Positions 42,130 to 52,453 of a stretch of 64,000 nt of DNA are shown in pieces; within the stretch, counting starts at the first letter, position 1, and the number at the start of each line of letters is the position of its first letter. Source of the stretch: an uncultured Nitrospinota bacterium (lineage in GTDB: Bacteria > Tectomicrobia > Entotheonellia > J063 > CAVPRW01). Where the stretch lies: the NCBI GenBank assembly GCA_963707985.1, contig CAVPRW010000002.1, positions 32,001 to 96,000 on the forward strand, given 5' to 3'. Made by a program: the position numbers and the translations under genes. Below the pieces are notes generated by a model. It had not been told where the DNA came from. It made no database searches and was given only the letters and a program-made list of their open reading frames with translations.

Positions 42130-43072
42130 GGTCGGACTAACCCGCCTCGTCGCCCACGGTGGCTACGCCTGTCAGACAGCGTAACTGCCAAGATGGGCTG
42201 CGGGGAGGCAGTAATCACCCCCTACCGCACCCCTTCTTGGTGTGCCGTACCATGCCACGATCGAGGCAAATAGATCAATGTTATAGTAAGTTGCGTTGTT
42301 CCTAAAATTCAGACCACAATCAGAAATCCAACAAAAAAACTGGCAAGGCCTCAGCTGCTCGTTCCCGTCAACACAGGGAAGCCCCTGAGGGCTGCACGCC
42401 TGCCCTCCCCAATTGTAGACAACCATCTGTCTCTGGAGAGAGCTGTTTTTTCGGAAATCTCAACGCCGGATGGGACGCCCTTGGCCCCGAAGGGGCTACT
42501 ATTGTCCGTGCCGACCCCTTCTCCTCGGTGCTGCTAACTCATATGCCACCACTGCAATTATCCTAGATACCGTCTGTCCCCGTCATCCGCTGCATAATTC
42601 CCATGGCCGACTGTGCACCGCGTCTATCGTCGTATGGGGGATGGCCTGTCGTGGGTGAAGTTCTTCCGTTGTGCAGTCTGCCATCCAGCCTTCCCTGAAG
42701 GGGGTATCGCGGACCTGGCATGTAAGGAATGACGGCTGAATAAATCGATAGAAAGTCGTTCTCGGTGGCTTTCCCCTCAAATGCTGTGTGTCAAGAGGTA
42801 TGCGATGGAGGACATCCAGAGCGCCATCTTCATGCTGTTAAACTACCACTCTATGCACTCTCCGTTACGATCGTCTGATATATAAACTATGGCCAAAGGC
42901 TAAACTGGGTACGACTACATACAATCTCGTGAAATTGACTAGAATCACACAAAAAAGATAAAATATAGGAATCTTAAGAATCGGTGGAACAGCTATCACC
43001 TTCATGTGCTCCGTATGCTTTGATAGATACTATATACACCGATCGGCAATGAGAAGTCAAAGAAAATTGTCA

Positions 43073-43099
43073 TAATATGTCATAATCTATGACATATTA
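43073..43099. promoter_or_regulatory. Perfect 12-bp inverted repeat, putative operator
   Basis: TAATATGTCATA-atc-TATGACATATTA in an AT-rich intergenic region. Confidence 0.45.
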
Positions 43100-43511
43100 G
43101 ACCCTGATCACTCGTAAAGACAGTTTATGAGATGGATGATGTTAGAAATTGCCAGAAATCGATGACTAAAGTGCTCTTGTGTAAAACAGGGGCCTTACGT
43201 TTGGGGATAGGACTGTCAGGTACTCACAGCTGGCCGGGTGGGATGATGAACTGGGATGTGTGGAATCCCCATGGGCTTGCCTAGGCGCGATGAATGCTGC
43301 GTGAAGGGGAGGCGTAGGCCTTTCGGAAACAGCCACGTCACCAAGTCATCGACGTGTGGTGCAGGTGCGAAGTAGGAGGACAGAGGACATCTACCGCCGA
43401 AATTCTCGCATGACGGTTTGATGGCCGTGGTGAGCTTCAAACGCCTCTTCGCAAGACAGGCCGAGGGCGTGATGGAGATTCCTCGGTAAAGGCAAGACCG
43501 AGTGGCAAGGC

Positions 43512-43551
43512 CTGAGGACGGAACAGGAGACGGTTCTTGCTCCGTCCTCAG
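43512..43551 (-). terminator. Hairpin downstream of the family 1 SBP array
   Basis: CTGAGGACGGA...TCCGTCCTCAG 11-bp stem. Confidence 0.5.
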
Positions 43552-43567
43552 TGCTCGGTCTTCGTGA

Positions 43568-44887
43568 CTATCCTTCCGGATACCTGGCGTAGATCTCGAC
43601 CACCTTTTTGTGCGCGGCCTCGACCGCCTTCTCGGCCTCGACGTTCTCGACCAGCACCTGTTGCACCATCCGGGACAGCACATTGGTAGCCAGAACCTCA
43701 CCTGCTGCGGCACTCTGACTGCCGGGATAACCGAACTGACGTCCATGCTCGAGCATCGCACGCCAATGCTGGAACGCCGGCCGCTGCCAGAACTCATTGG
43801 CGTACATCCCTTTGTAGGGGGGTCCCCAGCGCCCGCCCCCCTCTTCCATCACCGCCCGCAGCTGCTCCGGCTCCATGGAGTACTGGACAAATCCTTTGGC
43901 CAGTTCGGGATAGGGGTTGTGCTTGAAAAGCATCCACTCCCCTGTGCCGACTTGATCGACTGGTCCAGCCGGGCCGGCCGGCGACGGGAGCATGCCGGTC
44001 ACGTCGTACAGCTCTTTATCCGACTCCGACAGGTAGGCATAGATGCTGCTGGCGTTCAGCACGAAGATCACCTGGCGCGATTGATAGGCTTTGTTGTTCC
44101 CTTGATTGTCCCAGGAGACCGCCCCCTTGGGGATGATCTTGTGCTTCTGGTACATATCCGCAATCATCTTGACGGCCTGGACCGTGCCTGGCGAGTTGAG
44201 CGCGACGGTCTTGTCGTCCGCTTCCACCAGCTTCCCACCGTGGCTCCAGATCGTATTGATAATGTTGTTATCGGCATCTGTATGAAGCCCCAGGCACATG
44301 CCGAAGCCGGTGAGCTTGGGCGGTTTCTGGAGCTTTTTACAGACCTCGATGAGCTCGTCCCAGGTCTTCGGGGGATCGACTTTGTTGGCCTCCAAAATAT
44401 CCATGCGGGTGATCAGGGGCGTGGGGCTTACATAATGCGGCACGCTGTAGGCCTTGCCCTTGTACATCACGGCCCTCACGGAAGCATCGTAGAGACCACC
44501 TGGCACTTTTTGCATCCGCTCGACGACATCGGTCACCTCGATAAGGTGTCCCTGGGCACGATAGAGTGCTGCCTGAGCCTGGCCGTACCGGGTGACATCG
44601 GGAGGATTCCCAGCCTCGAGCGCCGCCACCATCTTCGTCAGCCATTGTCCGGTGCCAATCTCCGAGTATTGGACCTCGTTTTCCTTAATCCCGGCCTGCT
44701 TGGCGTAGGCAAAACACTGCTCTTTCATGAGCCTATCGACCTGAGGCGCAAGGGCCACGGGAGCCCACACGATCAATTTCGCGTCGCGCGCCGCATGGGC
44801 CCGGCGCCCCAACCACCAGGGAGCCGTTGTCGCCAGCGCCGCCATCATTCCTGCCTGTTTCAAGATATCGCGCCGTGTCAGCATCAC
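43568..44887 (-). CDS. Carbohydrate-type ABC SBP family 1, Tat signal (copy 4)
   Basis: TRRDILK, AALEAGNPPDV, PPKTWDEL motifs. Confidence 0.92.
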   Translation of the reverse strand: MMLTRRDILKQAGMMAALATTAPWWLGRRAHAARDAKLIVWAPVALAPQVDRLMKEQCFAYAKQAGIKENEVQYSEIGTGQWLTKMVAALEAGNPPDVTRYGQAQAALYRAQGHLIEVTDVVERMQKVPGGLYDASVRAVMYKGKAYSVPHYVSPTPLITRMDILEANKVDPPKTWDELIEVCKKLQKPPKLTGFGMCLGLHTDADNNIINTIWSHGGKLVEADDKTVALNSPGTVQAVKMIADMYQKHKIIPKGAVSWDNQGNNKAYQSRQVIFVLNASSIYAYLSESDKELYDVTGMLPSPAGPAGPVDQVGTGEWMLFKHNPYPELAKGFVQYSMEPEQLRAVMEEGGGRWGPPYKGMYANEFWQRPAFQHWRAMLEHGRQFGYPGSQSAAAGEVLATNVLSRMVQQVLVENVEAEKAVEAAHKKVVEIYARYPEG

Positions 44888-44942
44888 CGGCTCCTCTCAT
44901 GATCTTGTGATGGCTTGAGCATTATGCCTTCGCCACCCATGT

Positions 44943-46264
44943 TTATCCTTCCGGATAGCGGGCGTAGATCTCCACCACCTTGTTGTGCGCGTCCTCGACC
45001 GCCTTCTCGGCCTCCCAGTTGTCCACCAGCACATGGTGCATCATGCGGGCCAGCATCGTGGTGGCATATACCTCACCCGCCGCGGCACCCATGCTGCCAG
45101 GGGAGGAAAACAGGCGCCCGCGATCGAGTATCCCGCGCCAATGCTGGAACCCTGGCTTCTGCCAAAAGGGCGTTAGTTATACATGCCTTTATACGGCGGC
45201 CCCCAACGCCCGCCCCCTTCTTCCATCACCACTCGCAGGTTCTCCGGCTCCATGCAGTACTGGACATACCCTTTGGCCACCTCGGGGTAGGGGTTGTGCT
45301 TGAACAGGAACCACTCCGCTGTGGCGACTCGATCGCTTGGCCCTGCCGGGCCGCCTGGCGCCGGGAGCATGCCGGTCACATCGTACAACTCCTTGTCCGA
45401 CTCCGACAGGTAAGCATAGATGCTGCTGGCGTTCACGACGAAGATCACCTGCCGCGACTGATAGGCCTTATTGTTGCCCTGATTATCCCAGGACACCGCC
45501 CCTTTGGGAATGATCTTGTGTTTATGATACATATCCGCGATCACTTTCACCGCCTGCACCGTGCCCGGCGAGTTGAGGGCCACGGTTTTGTCGTCGGCTT
45601 CCACGAGTTTGCCGCCGTAGGCCCAGATCGCATCCATCACATTGCCTTCGGTATCCGTGTGCAGCCCCAGGCACATACCGTAGCCCAAGAGTTTGGGCGG
45701 CTTCTTCAGCTTGTTACTGACCTCGATGAGCTCGTCATAGGTCTTGGGGGGATCGACCTTGGCGGCCTCCAGGATATCCATACGGGCGATCAGAGGGATG
45801 GGGCTGATGGACTGCGGGACGCTGTAGGCCTTGCCCTTGTACATGACGGTGCTGAGGGAAGCATCGAAGAGGCCGCCAGGCACCTGCTGCATCTTCTCGA
45901 CGACGTCGGTCACCTCGAGCAGATGTCCCTGGGCGCGATAGAGGGCTGCCTGGGTCTGGCCCTGCCGGGTAACATCCGGCGGGTTCCCGGCTTCGAGCGC
46001 CGCGACCAGCTTCGGTATCTGTTGTCCGGTGCCAATCTCAGAGTATTGGACCTCGTTTTCCTTGATCCCGGCTTGCTTGGCGTAGGCGTAACACTGTTCC
46101 TTCAGAAGCCGATCCACCTGCGGCGCCAGGGCGACGGGACTCCACACGATCAATTTCGCGTCGCGCGCCGCATGAGCCCGGCGCATCAGCCACCAGGGGG
46201 CGGTCGTCGCTAGGGCTGCCATCATTCCTGCCTGTTTCAAGATATCGCGTCGTGTGCGCATCAC
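44943..46264 (-). pseudogene. ABC SBP family 1 (copy 3), one frameshift near 45175
   Basis: Colinear with neighbours; the C-terminus continues in another frame to TAA 44943. Confidence 0.88.
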
Positions 46265-46319
46265 CCTTTCCTCTCATGGTCCTGCGACGGCTTGAGCATC
46301 GCCCCTTCGCCACTCATGG

Positions 46320-47640
46320 TTATCCTTCCTGATAGCGTGCGTAGATCTCAACGACTTTTTTGTGGGCATCCTCGACGGCCTTCTCAGGCTCTACGTTTTC
46401 CACCAGCACTGCCTGCATCATGCGGTTGATCACATTGGTGGCCAGTACCTCACCCGCTGCGGCACTCTGGCTGCCGGGGAAGGCGAATTGGCGCCCTCGT
46501 TCGAGCATCACGCGCCAATGCTGAAACGCCGGCTTCTTCCAGAAGTCGCTGTTGTACATCCCTGGGTATGGCGGTCCCCAGCGCCCACCCCCCTCCTCAA
46601 TCATCACCCGCAGGTTCTCCGGTTCCATCCAGTACTGGGCCAGCCCCTTGGCGACCTCGGGATAAGGGTTGCGTCTGAAGAGTATCCACTCCGCCGTGGT
46701 GAGTTCCTCGATCGCCCCAGCGGGGCCGGCGGGCACAGGGAGCATGCCAGTCACGTCATACAGCTCCTTGTCCGACTCCGACAGGTAGGCATAGATACTG
46801 CTGGGATTGAGGACAAAAATCACCTGCCGCGATTGATAAGCCTTGTTGTTCCCTTGGTTATCCCAGGATACCGACCCCTTGGGAATAATCTTGTGCTTCT
46901 GGAACATATCCGCGATGAGCCTGACCGCCTGAACCGTGCCCTGGTGAGTTGAGGGCGATGGTCTTATCGTCGGCTTCCACCAATTTGCCGCCGTAGCTCC
47001 AGATGAGATTCATGATATTGTTATCGGCGTCGGTCTGCACCCCGAGGCACATGCCAAAACCGGTGAGCTTCGGCGGCTTCTGGAGCTTTTTGCAGACCTC
47101 GATGAACTCGTCCCAGGTCTTGGGGGGGTCGATCTTGGCGGCCTCGAGGAGATCCATGCGGGTGATCAAGGGCCAGGGGCTGACAGACTGCGGTACGCCA
47201 TGAGCCTTGCCCTGGTGCATGACGGCCTTGAGAGAGACGGGAAAGAGGCCGCCGGGGACTTGTTGCATCTTGTCGACCATGTCGGTCACGTCAAGGAGGT
47301 GTCCCTGAGACTGATAGAGAGCCACCAGCGCGCTCCCGACCCGAGTGATATCCGGTGGATTGCCTGCCTCGAGCGCCGCGACCAGTTTCGGCGGGAGTTG
47401 TCCAGTGCCAATCTCAGAGTATTCGACCTCGTTCTCCTTAATCCCCGCTTGCTTGGCGTAGGCGTAGCACTGCTCCTTCATGAGCCGGTCCACCTGGGGC
47501 GCCAGGGCGACGGGATTCCACACGACCAGTTTCGCGTCGCGTGCCGCATGGGCTCGTCGCACCAGCCACCAGGGAGCCGTCGTCGCCAACGCTGCCATCG
47601 TTCCTGCCTGTCGCAAGACGTCGCGTCGTGTCAGCATCAC
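46320..47640 (-). pseudogene. ABC SBP family 1 (copy 2), one frameshift near 46940
   Basis: ORFs 46858..47640 and 46320..46907 together give a full paralog. Confidence 0.88.
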
Positions 47641-47707
47641 CGCCTCCTCTCATCATTGTATGACGGCCCCAGCCTGCGCCTGTGTACCACCCAATGACTG
47701 AGCCATA

Positions 47708-47744
47708 AGGACTGGGGATTGGCGTAGGTCCTGTCCCCAGTCCT
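47708..47744. other. Intra-operon hairpin
   Basis: AGGACTGGGGA...TCCCCAGTCCT 11-bp stem between SBP copies 1 and 2. Confidence 0.5.
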
Positions 47745-47755
47745 CAGCGCTGTTT

Positions 47756-49069
47756 CTACCCCTGAAATCGCGCGTAGATCTCCACCACTTGTTTGTGGGC
47801 GTCCTCGACGGCCTTTTCGGCCGCCACATTTTCCACCAGCACCCGCTGTACCATGTGCGACAGCACATTGGTGGCCAGCACCTCACCCGAGGCAGACCCC
47901 ATACTCCCAGGCGCGGCGAACTGGCGTCCACGCCCGAGAATCACACGCCAATGCTGGAATGCGGGTTTTTGCCAGAAGTCGCTCTCATACATACCCTGGT
48001 ACGGTGGTCCCCAGCGCCCGCCGCCTTCCTCCATCACCACCCGTAGGTTCTCGGGTTCCATATAGTACTGGAGCAAGCCTTTGGCGACCTCGGGATAGGG
48101 GTTATGCTTGAAGAGCATCCACTCGTCCGTGCCGAGCTCCTCGATCGCCCCGGCCGGGCCGGCAGGCACTGGGAGCATGCCGGTGACATCGTAGAGCTCT
48201 TTGTCCGACTCCGACAGGTAGGCATAGATGCTGCTGGGGTTCAGGGCGAAGATCACCTGCCGCGACTGATAGGCCTTGTTGTTCCCCTGATTATCCCAGG
48301 AGATCGCCCCTTTGGGGATGATCTTATGCTTCTGGAACATCTCTGCGATCAGCTTCACCGCCTGGACCGTGCCCGGCGAGTTGAGGGCGACGGTCTTATC
48401 GTCGGCTTCGACGAGTTTTCCGCCGTAGCCCCAGATCATATCCATAATATTGTGATCCGCATCCGTGGCCAAGCCCAGGCACATAGCAAAGCCGGTGAGC
48501 TTGGGCGGCTTCTGCAGCTTGGTGCAGATCGCGATCAACTCGTCCCAGGTCTTGGGGGGGTCGACCTTGGCAGCATCGAGAAGATCCATACGGGTGATCA
48601 AAGGCCAGGGACTGACAGACTGGGGGACGCCGTAAGCTTTCCCGTGGGACATGACGGTATTGAGGGAAACCGGCAACAGCCCCCCTGCCGTTTGCTGCAT
48701 CTTCTCGACCAGGTCGGTCACCTCCAGGAGGTGGCCCTGGGCGCGATAGAGAGCCATCAGTCCCTGACCGAACCTGGTGACATCCGGTGGGTTCCCAGCC
48801 TCGAGCGCCGCCACCATCTTCGGCCCCAATTGTCCAGTGCCGATGTCGGAGTACTGCAGCTCACTCTCCTTGATCCCGGCTTGTTTGGCGTAGTCGTAAC
48901 ACTGCTGCTTGAGGAGCTTGTCCACCTGGGGCGCCAGGGCGACGGGCATCCATACGGTCAGTTTCGCGTCACGAGCCGCGTGGGCCCGGCGCACCAGCCA
49001 CCACGGGGCGGTCGTTGCCAGTACTGCTGCCGCCCCTGCTTGTTTCAAAATATCACGTCGTGTCAGCAT
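47756..49069 (-). CDS. ABC SBP family 1, Tat signal (copy 1)
   Basis: Start MLTRRDILKQ at 49069 by comparison with the paralogs. Confidence 0.92.
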   Translation of the reverse strand: MLTRRDILKQAGAAAVLATTAPWWLVRRAHAARDAKLTVWMPVALAPQVDKLLKQQCYDYAKQAGIKESELQYSDIGTGQLGPKMVAALEAGNPPDVTRFGQGLMALYRAQGHLLEVTDLVEKMQQTAGGLLPVSLNTVMSHGKAYGVPQSVSPWPLITRMDLLDAAKVDPPKTWDELIAICTKLQKPPKLTGFAMCLGLATDADHNIMDMIWGYGGKLVEADDKTVALNSPGTVQAVKLIAEMFQKHKIIPKGAISWDNQGNNKAYQSRQVIFALNPSSIYAYLSESDKELYDVTGMLPVPAGPAGAIEELGTDEWMLFKHNPYPEVAKGLLQYYMEPENLRVVMEEGGGRWGPPYQGMYESDFWQKPAFQHWRVILGRGRQFAAPGSMGSASGEVLATNVLSHMVQRVLVENVAAEKAVEDAHKQVVEIYARFQG

Positions 49070-49083
49070 TCCGATTCCTCTCA

Positions 49084-49929
49084 CTAACCTTTGACAGCTC
49101 CCAGTGTCAGGCCTTTCACCACCCAACGCTGGAAGATGAGAAACATCACAACCGGGGGTAGGGCGCTGATGATCGTCGAGGCCATCAACGGCCCCCAGAA
49201 GAACACATCTGCACTCATGAAGTTGACCAGCCCCGCGGTGATGGTGCGGGCTTGATTGGTGCTGGTAAACACGTAGGCATACAGAAACTCGTTCCAGGAA
49301 CGGGTGAACGAGAAGAACATCACCACCACCAGGGCTGGTAGCGAGACGGGCAGGATCACCCGAATGAGCGCTGTGACACGATTGCAGCCGTCCACCAGCG
49401 CGGCTTCTTCGAGCTCGACCGGCACCGACTTGAAGTAACCCATGAGCAGCCAGGTGCAAAACGGCACATCGCCGCCCAGGTAGGCGATGGTCAGCCCATA
49501 CAGGGTGTCTGTGAAGCGGAGCGTGCTCATGATGGCGAAGAGCGGGATGAACAGGAGCGAGGGGGGGACGAGATACGTACACACCAGGGCGCGGGCCAGC
49601 AGCTCCCGTCCGGGGAACTTGAGGCGTGCGATGGCGTAGGCCCCCAGGCTGGCAATGATGACCGAGAGCAGCGTCGAGCTCACGGCCACCACGACGCTGT
49701 TGCGGAGGAAGAGGAGGTAGGGGGTATCCCTGAAAATGGTGACGTAGTTGTCCATGGTCGGATTTTCGGGGATCAGCGTCGCCTCATAGCCGTAGATCTC
49801 CTTGTCATGCTTCAGGGACGTGACGATCATCCAGTAGAAGGGGATCCCCGTCCATAACAGCATGAGCAGCAGCACCATATTGCCGGCCCCCTTCGCCATA
49901 CGCTTGGAGGTGGTCATGGTCAGAGTCAT
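49084..49929 (-). CDS. Carbohydrate ABC permease (MalG-like)
   Basis: ELEEAALVDG EAA loop, SWNEFL motif, TM helices. Confidence 0.93.
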   Translation of the reverse strand: MTLTMTTSKRMAKGAGNMVLLLMLLWTGIPFYWMIVTSLKHDKEIYGYEATLIPENPTMDNYVTIFRDTPYLLFLRNSVVVAVSSTLLSVIIASLGAYAIARLKFPGRELLARALVCTYLVPPSLLFIPLFAIMSTLRFTDTLYGLTIAYLGGDVPFCTWLLMGYFKSVPVELEEAALVDGCNRVTALIRVILPVSLPALVVVMFFSFTRSWNEFLYAYVFTSTNQARTITAGLVNFMSADVFFWGPLMASTIISALPPVVMFLIFQRWVVKGLTLGAVKG

Positions 49930-49932
49930 GGG

Positions 49933-50889
49933 CTACACCTCCCTTTCACGCAGCATGCGTCGTGTCAAGAAATAGATCAAGATCACAAAGACGGGGAAGA
50001 AGAACAGTGACACCGTCGCTCCCATCCCCAAGCGCTGGGCACCCCCCAACGCCAGAGTATAGGACAACAGTGGGAAGATCATCGTTCGATCTGCTGGGCC
50101 TCCGTTCGTCAATACCAACACGAACTGAATACCCGCCGCGGTCAGGATTGTGGACAGCATGACCACGGTGATGAAGATCGGCCGTAGGCAGGGGAGGGTG
50201 ATGTGGCGAAATTGCTGCAGCACTGTGGCTCCATCGATCTCTGCCGCTTCGTAGAGCTCCTTTGGGATGGATTGCAGGCCGGCCAGGAACCCCATAGTGA
50301 AAAATGGCGTCCCCTGCCACACGACCACAGCGATGACGGCGAACATCGCCAGGTGTGGATCAGAGAGCCAGGAGATGGTCTCCTCGATGAGGTTCAGACG
50401 CACGAGTATGTTGTTGATGAGCCCGCTCGCATCGTCATAGATCCAGCGCCAGTTCAACGCCGAGATCACCGTCGGTACCGCCCAGGGAATGAGCAGGAAG
50501 GAGCGAAAGAGATTGTTGAAAAGCCGCTCCTGGTTGAGCACCAGTGCCATACCGAGCCCGAAGAGAAACTTGATCCCCACGCTCACGCCTGTGTAAAAAA
50601 CCGTGTTGTAGACGGTGCGCCAGAAGACATCCATGTTCAGCAGCTCGCGGTAGTTGTCGAGCCCGATGTATCGGCCGACGGCGCCAGCCGTCTTCGTCTG
50701 GAAGGTGAGCAAGACGGCGTTCACGAAGGGATAGGCTACGACCCCGATGACGACTAGGAGCGCGGGGGCCAAAAACAGATAGCCGAGGGTGCGGTCACGT
50801 AGAAAGAAGCGAGAGATTTTGCCGCTCTGAAAGCGCAGGTTTTTACTGTCTGGTGAGAGGGCGATGCTCGATGTCGCGGACGAAGCCAT
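49933..50889 (-). CDS. Carbohydrate ABC permease (MalF-like)
   Basis: GLDNY, ELYEAAEIDGA, TNGGP motifs. Confidence 0.93.
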   Translation of the reverse strand: MASSATSSIALSPDSKNLRFQSGKISRFFLRDRTLGYLFLAPALLVVIGVVAYPFVNAVLLTFQTKTAGAVGRYIGLDNYRELLNMDVFWRTVYNTVFYTGVSVGIKFLFGLGMALVLNQERLFNNLFRSFLLIPWAVPTVISALNWRWIYDDASGLINNILVRLNLIEETISWLSDPHLAMFAVIAVVVWQGTPFFTMGFLAGLQSIPKELYEAAEIDGATVLQQFRHITLPCLRPIFITVVMLSTILTAAGIQFVLVLTNGGPADRTMIFPLLSYTLALGGAQRLGMGATVSLFFFPVFVILIYFLTRRMLREREV

Positions 50890-51131
50890 GTGCCATATCC
50901 TCCACGAAACGTGTTAAGGGGACTGACAACTGTTAACAATTGCCTGCGAACTACACGCAAGCGAGGGACAAAGAAGAATGTGACATAGTCCAAGGCGCCA
51001 GTGCAGTCGGGTCCACCAACGGAACCTCTCGTGGAACATCATCAACCGCATCGCCTTCCCCAACAACAGGTCATCACTCGGGAGTATACCGTCAAGAGTT
51101 CACTAGGATAGGTATAAAAGAGTGGATCGAA

Positions 51132-51161
51132 AAGGTATCCTAGGTCGTGGGCGGATGTCAA
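51132..51161 (-). promoter_or_regulatory. Sigma70-type promoter for the sugar ABC operon
   Basis: TTGACA-N18-TACCTT on the minus strand. Confidence 0.45.
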
Positions 51162-51274
51162 GAAAAATTCAGTGCTTTCGTAGGGCAGATCCAAGGACCT
51201 AGTCATCGTCTTTTACCGTCTGTCTGATGTGGACGATAGGGAATGATTCAGACAATCCCCGGACTCGGTGGCGA

Positions 51275-52111
51275 TTAGACCTGTTCCGGTGGCACCGCAC
51301 GGCCGTTGGTGACGCGCCACACCTTGGTCGCCCGGGCGGCAACTTCCCCGTCCGGTGTCATCCACATGCCAGCCACGACCGGGAGCGTTATGAGGCCGGC
51401 CTTCGCCAGCAATTTGGCACGTTTGTCGGCCCGTTGCACGTCGTACGGGCCTACCCCCCAGGAAGCCTCCACCACCAGGAACACTTCCTGGTCGTCCTCC
51501 CGTCGTCGACCCCGCACGATGGCATCGGCCCAGACGATCTCATCCACGTCCTCATCGGTGAGTTGCCCCGCCGTCACCGCTCTGTCCAGCATGGCGTTCA
51601 ACTCATCGGCTGAGAGGGTGTGGGCCTGACGAATCAGACGGTTGAAATAGGCGAAGGGCCGTTCCCGATAACGACGCTCGAGATCGCTGCCCTTGAGCTC
51701 TCCGACATCATCCTGGAGCTTCCCGACATCATCCTGGAGCTTCCCGACATCATCCTGGAGCTTTCCGACACCATCCTGCAGTCTTTCGACAAGCGTCGTT
51801 AGCGTAGCAGTATGCTCCTGCAGCGACTGTATGGCTGCCCGCATGACATCCAGATGTCCGGTCAACGTCAACTGCGCCGCGACTAATTCCTGGAAGCGAC
51901 GTTCAGTTTCAGCCCGAAGGCTTTCTACACTTTCCTCCAACCGTCCAACTCGTACCTCTGTGCGCTGCTGCGCTTGCACCAACTCACGGACCAACTCCGG
52001 CAGCGCCAGCAGCTCATCGGTCAGCACGAGACGACGCAGATCAGCTCGCCACTCAGGCCGCTCTTGCAGGAGTCGGATCAGATCCTGAAAATCTTCCACG
52101 CTAAAGGCCAT
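51275..52111 (-). CDS. Coiled-coil protein with heptad repeats and a possible C-terminal PD-(D/E)XK-like domain
   Basis: MAFSVEDFQDLIRLL..PEWRADLRR N-terminus, GKLQDDV repeats, ADAIVRG..LVVEAS motif. Confidence 0.8.
   Translation of the reverse strand: MAFSVEDFQDLIRLLQERPEWRADLRRLVLTDELLALPELVRELVQAQQRTEVRVGRLEESVESLRAETERRFQELVAAQLTLTGHLDVMRAAIQSLQEHTATLTTLVERLQDGVGKLQDDVGKLQDDVGKLQDDVGELKGSDLERRYRERPFAYFNRLIRQAHTLSADELNAMLDRAVTAGQLTDEDVDEIVWADAIVRGRRREDDQEVFLVVEASWGVGPYDVQRADKRAKLLAKAGLITLPVVAGMWMTPDGEVAARATKVWRVTNGRAVPPEQV
51702..51780. repeat. 21-bp coding tandem repeat (about 3.8 copies)
   Basis: Unit CCGACATCATCCTGGAGCTTC, encoding GKLQDDV on the minus strand. Confidence 0.9.
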
Positions 52112-52294
52112 CAATGGCTCCTACCCACGCCGTAGGTCAGCAGCAGCGATGCTCATCTCCTGATGTCCCATCAGCTCAGCCGGCAGCCATACTCATGCAT
52201 AGAGCTGGTGGAGCAGAGCCTCTGCCACAAACGACTCTGGGAAGAGTTATTATAGCTTTTTCAAAGCCATAGGACAATAGTCCCTATATTCCGG

Positions 52295-52453
52295 AGCTGG
52301 GCCAACATGTCGGCGGAAGCCCGGACCTATCTACGGCGTGCACCCTGGGGAATGCGCTTCCCCGGACTTTCATGAACCTTGACCGAGTTAGCCCTTAACC
52401 TGTTCGGAGATGGGGTTGGCGAGGTCATCGACCTGAATTTGAGAAGGATGTGA
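52295..52453 (+). pseudogene. Eroded 3' remnant of an OppC/DppC permease
   Basis: Translates SWANMSAEARTYLRRAPWGMRFPGLS*TLTELALNLFGDGVGEVIDLNLRRM*. Confidence 0.7.

Noticed and set aside
43610..44902. 430-aa plus-strand ORF and similar long antisense ORFs (6137..7291, 8649..9998, 44915..46213, 48104..49087)
   Set aside because: Shadow frames opposite well-supported genes in GC-rich DNA, with no recognisable motifs.
49070..49582. N-terminal 170-aa extension of the 608-aa ORF
   Set aside because: It overlaps the permease in another frame; paralogs and the Tat motif place the start at 49069.
51702..51780. Possible CRISPR array
   Set aside because: Contiguous coding repeats with no spacers and no cas genes.
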